Of a DNA stretch of 64,000 bases, positions 61,646-64,000 are shown piece after piece. A program made the translations under genes and the position numbers. Within the stretch, counting starts at the first letter, position 1. Each line of letters begins with the position of its first letter. The stretch comes from Thermodesulfobacteriota bacterium (lineage in GTDB: Bacteria > Desulfobacterota_D > UBA1144 > Nemesobacterales > JAJCZQ01): positions 1,376,001 to 1,440,000 of the forward strand of contig CBDBDR010000017.1 in the NCBI GenBank assembly GCA_965203965.1, in the 5' to 3' direction. The notes under the pieces were generated by a model. That model worked only from the letters and a program-made list of their open reading frames with translations. It had not been told where the DNA came from and ran no database searches.

Positions 61646-63622
61646 TTAGGTGGTTTTTGACAACATCTCTATAATCTCTTTATAGATGTAGGTAATTTCA
61701 TCATTAGGATTTAAATTTGTCGCTTTGTCAAAGTCTTTAATTGCTTCTTCATATTGCTTAAGGTTAGCTTTGGCAGCCCCTCTATTTTTGTAGGCATCTG
61801 CATATTTTGGATTGATTTCTATTGCTTTATCACAATCCTTAATTGCTTCTTCATATTGCTTAAGGTTAGCTTTGACAACCCCTCTATTGCTGTAGGTAAT
61901 TACATCATTCGGATCTATGTTTATCGTTAGATCATAGTCTTTAATTGCTTCTTCATATTGCTTAAGGTTAGCTTTGGCATTTCCTCTATTTTTGTAGGCA
62001 CTTGCATCATTAGGATTTAAATTTATCGCTTTGTCATAGTTCTTAATTGCTTCCTTGTGTTGCTCAAGGTCAGCTTTGGCAGCCCCTCTATTGTAATAGG
62101 TTTCTGCATCATTAGGATTTAAATTTATCGCTTTGTCAAAGTCTTTAATTGCTTCTTTGTATCGCCCAAGATTAGCTTTGGCATTTCCTCTGTTTTTGTA
62201 GGCACTTGCATCATTAGGATTTAAATTTATCGCTTTGTCAAAGTCCTTAATTGCTTCTTCATATTGCCCAAGGTCAACTTTGGCATTTCCTCTACAGATG
62301 TAGGCTATTTCTGCATCATTAGGATTGATTTCTATCACTTTATCAAAGTCCTTAATTGCTTCCTTGTATTGCTCAAGATTAGCTTTGACAGCCCCTCTAC
62401 AGATGTAGGCTACTTCTGCATCATTAGGATTTAAATTTATCGCTTTGTCATAGTTCTTAATTGCTTCCTTGTATTGCTCAAGATTAGCTTTGGCAGCCCC
62501 TCTATATTTGTAAGCAATTGCATTATTAGGATTTATATTTATCGTTTTGTCAAAGTCCTTAATTGCTTCCTCGTATTGCTCAAGTTTAGCTTTGGCAATC
62601 CCTCTATTGATGTAGGCTACTTCTGCATCATTAGGATTTATATTTGTCGTTTTGTCAAAGTTCCCAATTGCTTCTTCGTATTGCTCAAGTTTAGCTTTGG
62701 CAATCCCTCTATTGATGTAGACTACTTCTGCATCATTAGGATTTATATTTATCGTTTTGTCAAAGTCCTTAATTGCTTCTTCGTGTCGTCCAAGGTCAGC
62801 TTTGACACTCCCTCTATTGTAGTAGGCACTGGCAAATTTTGGATTTAAATTTATTGCTTTATCATAGTCTTTAATTGCTTCCTCGTATTGCTCAAGGTCG
62901 GCTTTGGCACTTCCTCTATTGCTGTAGGCACTTGCATCATTAGGATTTAAATTTATCGCTTTATCAAAGTCTTTAATTGCTTCCTCGTATTGCTCAAGCT
63001 TAGCTTTGGCAGCCCCTCTATTGTTGTAGGCTTCTGCAAATTTTGGATTTATTTCTATCGCTTGTGAATAGGTGTTTATTGCTGATTTCATTTGTCCCAA
63101 CATCATAAAGAGGTTTCCCATCTGAAATGCCACCAGATCCTGTGGTTCTTCTTGAATCTTTTTGGTGGGAATGGGTTGCATCTGAGACAATGTTTTTTCA
63201 ACCGTTTTTCGGATCCCTTCCACTACGTCTTGCCATGCTTTGCTTTCTGGTTTCCATTCGTTAATGGGGTGGCCATCGGTGGGAAGAGCTTGAAACTCGC
63301 TAAGTTGGTGTTTTTTCCAATCACAGCCTTCAAGTATAATGGGGATGGTTCTTATGCTTTCTGTCTGAAGTGCCTCAGTCAGTTCTTTATTGCAATTTTC
63401 GGAAGCTAAGCTGTGAGTCGATACTAAGTAGAGAAGAATGTTTGAGTCGGCAAGATTGTCGGATATCTTATCACGCCATTTGTCGCCGGGAACGATTTCG
63501 TTGTCGTGCCAAATCGTTGCTTTATTTTCCTGTTCTAACACTGCAAGCCTATCCTTCAACTCTTCTTTTTGTTCTTTATTTTTATGTGAGTAGGTGATGA
63601 ATAATTTTAGTGGACGATTCAT
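61646..63622 (-). CDS. TIR domain + TPR array protein
   Basis: N-terminal LFITYSH.N...W.D..I.PG..W...I...L..S...CNKEL TIR; about 14 TPRs. Confidence 0.92.
   Translation of the reverse strand: MNRPLKLFITYSHKNKEQKEELKDRLAVLEQENKATIWHDNEIVPGDKWRDKISDNLADSNILLYLVSTHSLASENCNKELTEALQTESIRTIPIILEGCDWKKHQLSEFQALPTDGHPINEWKPESKAWQDVVEGIRKTVEKTLSQMQPIPTKKIQEEPQDLVAFQMGNLFMMLGQMKSAINTYSQAIEINPKFAEAYNNRGAAKAKLEQYEEAIKDFDKAINLNPNDASAYSNRGSAKADLEQYEEAIKDYDKAINLNPKFASAYYNRGSVKADLGRHEEAIKDFDKTININPNDAEVVYINRGIAKAKLEQYEEAIGNFDKTTNINPNDAEVAYINRGIAKAKLEQYEEAIKDFDKTININPNNAIAYKYRGAAKANLEQYKEAIKNYDKAINLNPNDAEVAYICRGAVKANLEQYKEAIKDFDKVIEINPNDAEIAYICRGNAKVDLGQYEEAIKDFDKAINLNPNDASAYKNRGNAKANLGRYKEAIKDFDKAINLNPNDAETYYNRGAAKADLEQHKEAIKNYDKAINLNPNDASAYKNRGNAKANLKQYEEAIKDYDLTINIDPNDVITYSNRGVVKANLKQYEEAIKDCDKAIEINPKYADAYKNRGAAKANLKQYEEAIKDFDKATNLNPNDEITYIYKEIIEMLSKTT
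61700..63060. repeat. Intragenic 102/105-bp tandem repeats encoding TPRs
   Basis: Recurring TTAATTGCTTC..TATTGCT..AGCTTTGGCA..CCTCTATT units. Confidence 0.9.
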
Positions 63623-63822
63623 GCTTTTCCCTGAATGGTTTTAATTTCTTCTTCCGTCAGATAATACAACTCATAGACCAGCTTATCAATTTCTGCTTCT
63701 TGTTTGCTGGTGTCGGCTGAGGGGTTGGCTTCTTTGGCTGATAGGATGTTATCTACTAATTTGATGAAGGGTTGCTGTTCTGCGGTGGAAGTTTTGGGAA
63801 TTGGGATGAATTCAATGGACAT
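63619..63822 (-). pseudogene. C-terminal remnant of type IIG (Eco57I/TaqI-like) restriction-modification enzyme
   Basis: IPIP....QQPFIKLVDNIL..K....ADTS..EAEIDKLVYELY.LTEEEI. Confidence 0.75.
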
Positions 63823-63952
63823 TGTGTATTCATAAAAGAATACTACAGGTTACTGGAAGACCGCGTCGCGAAAATGGAGGAAATGTTGAAGACGATAGAA
63901 CAACTGCTGTAAGCTATAACAAAAAAGCTGTAACATTTCCCTTCAGGGAATG

Positions 63953-64000
63953 AACCACCTTTTTTTTAACCACCCCGTCAGGCTTTGCCTGCCACCCCTC
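63953..64000. repeat. REP-like palindromic repeat, copy 3 (cut by window edge)
   Basis: AACCACC(T)8AACCACCCCGTCAGGCTTTGCCTGCCACCCCTC. Confidence 0.9.

Noticed and set aside
63826..63912. Short + strand frame IKEYYRLLEDRVAKMEEMLKTIEQLL*
   Set aside because: Probably a gene tail at a rearrangement junction, too short to assign

Overview
AT-rich bacterial chromosomal segment, mostly housekeeping genes: serS (5'-truncated), ribF, aroE, msrB, lepA, purN, rpsU-dnaG-rpoD followed by a stand-alone 5S rRNA, uppS-dxr-rseP, trpFBA, xerC-hslVU, trxB, tatA, rng, hisAF, dgt, mqnA-mqnD, dapF, prfA and zapA-ygfA-rny. Gene content suggests a Gram-negative, deltaproteobacteria-like lineage (inference). There are three accessory patches. 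(1) A glycosyltransferase/flippase cluster at ~32.5-36.5 kb. (2) A ~2.7-kb island between trxB and tatA (41.8-44.5 kb) holding a collapsed Mu-like prophage. Its only long intact gene is a MuF head protein with a C-terminal nuclease-like extension. Beside it are two related, promoter-equipped, structured ~110-nt ncRNA candidates, each convergent on a gene's 3' end, and the island abuts a decayed type V-A (Cas12a) CRISPR array. (3) A TIR-TPR gene coupled to a restriction-modification remnant at the right end. One REP-like palindrome occurs at islands 2 and 3. The best candidate for a new system is the MuF-nuclease plus convergent structured-RNA cassette (a possible RNA antitoxin). All protein calls come from motif recognition by eye; no searches were run.
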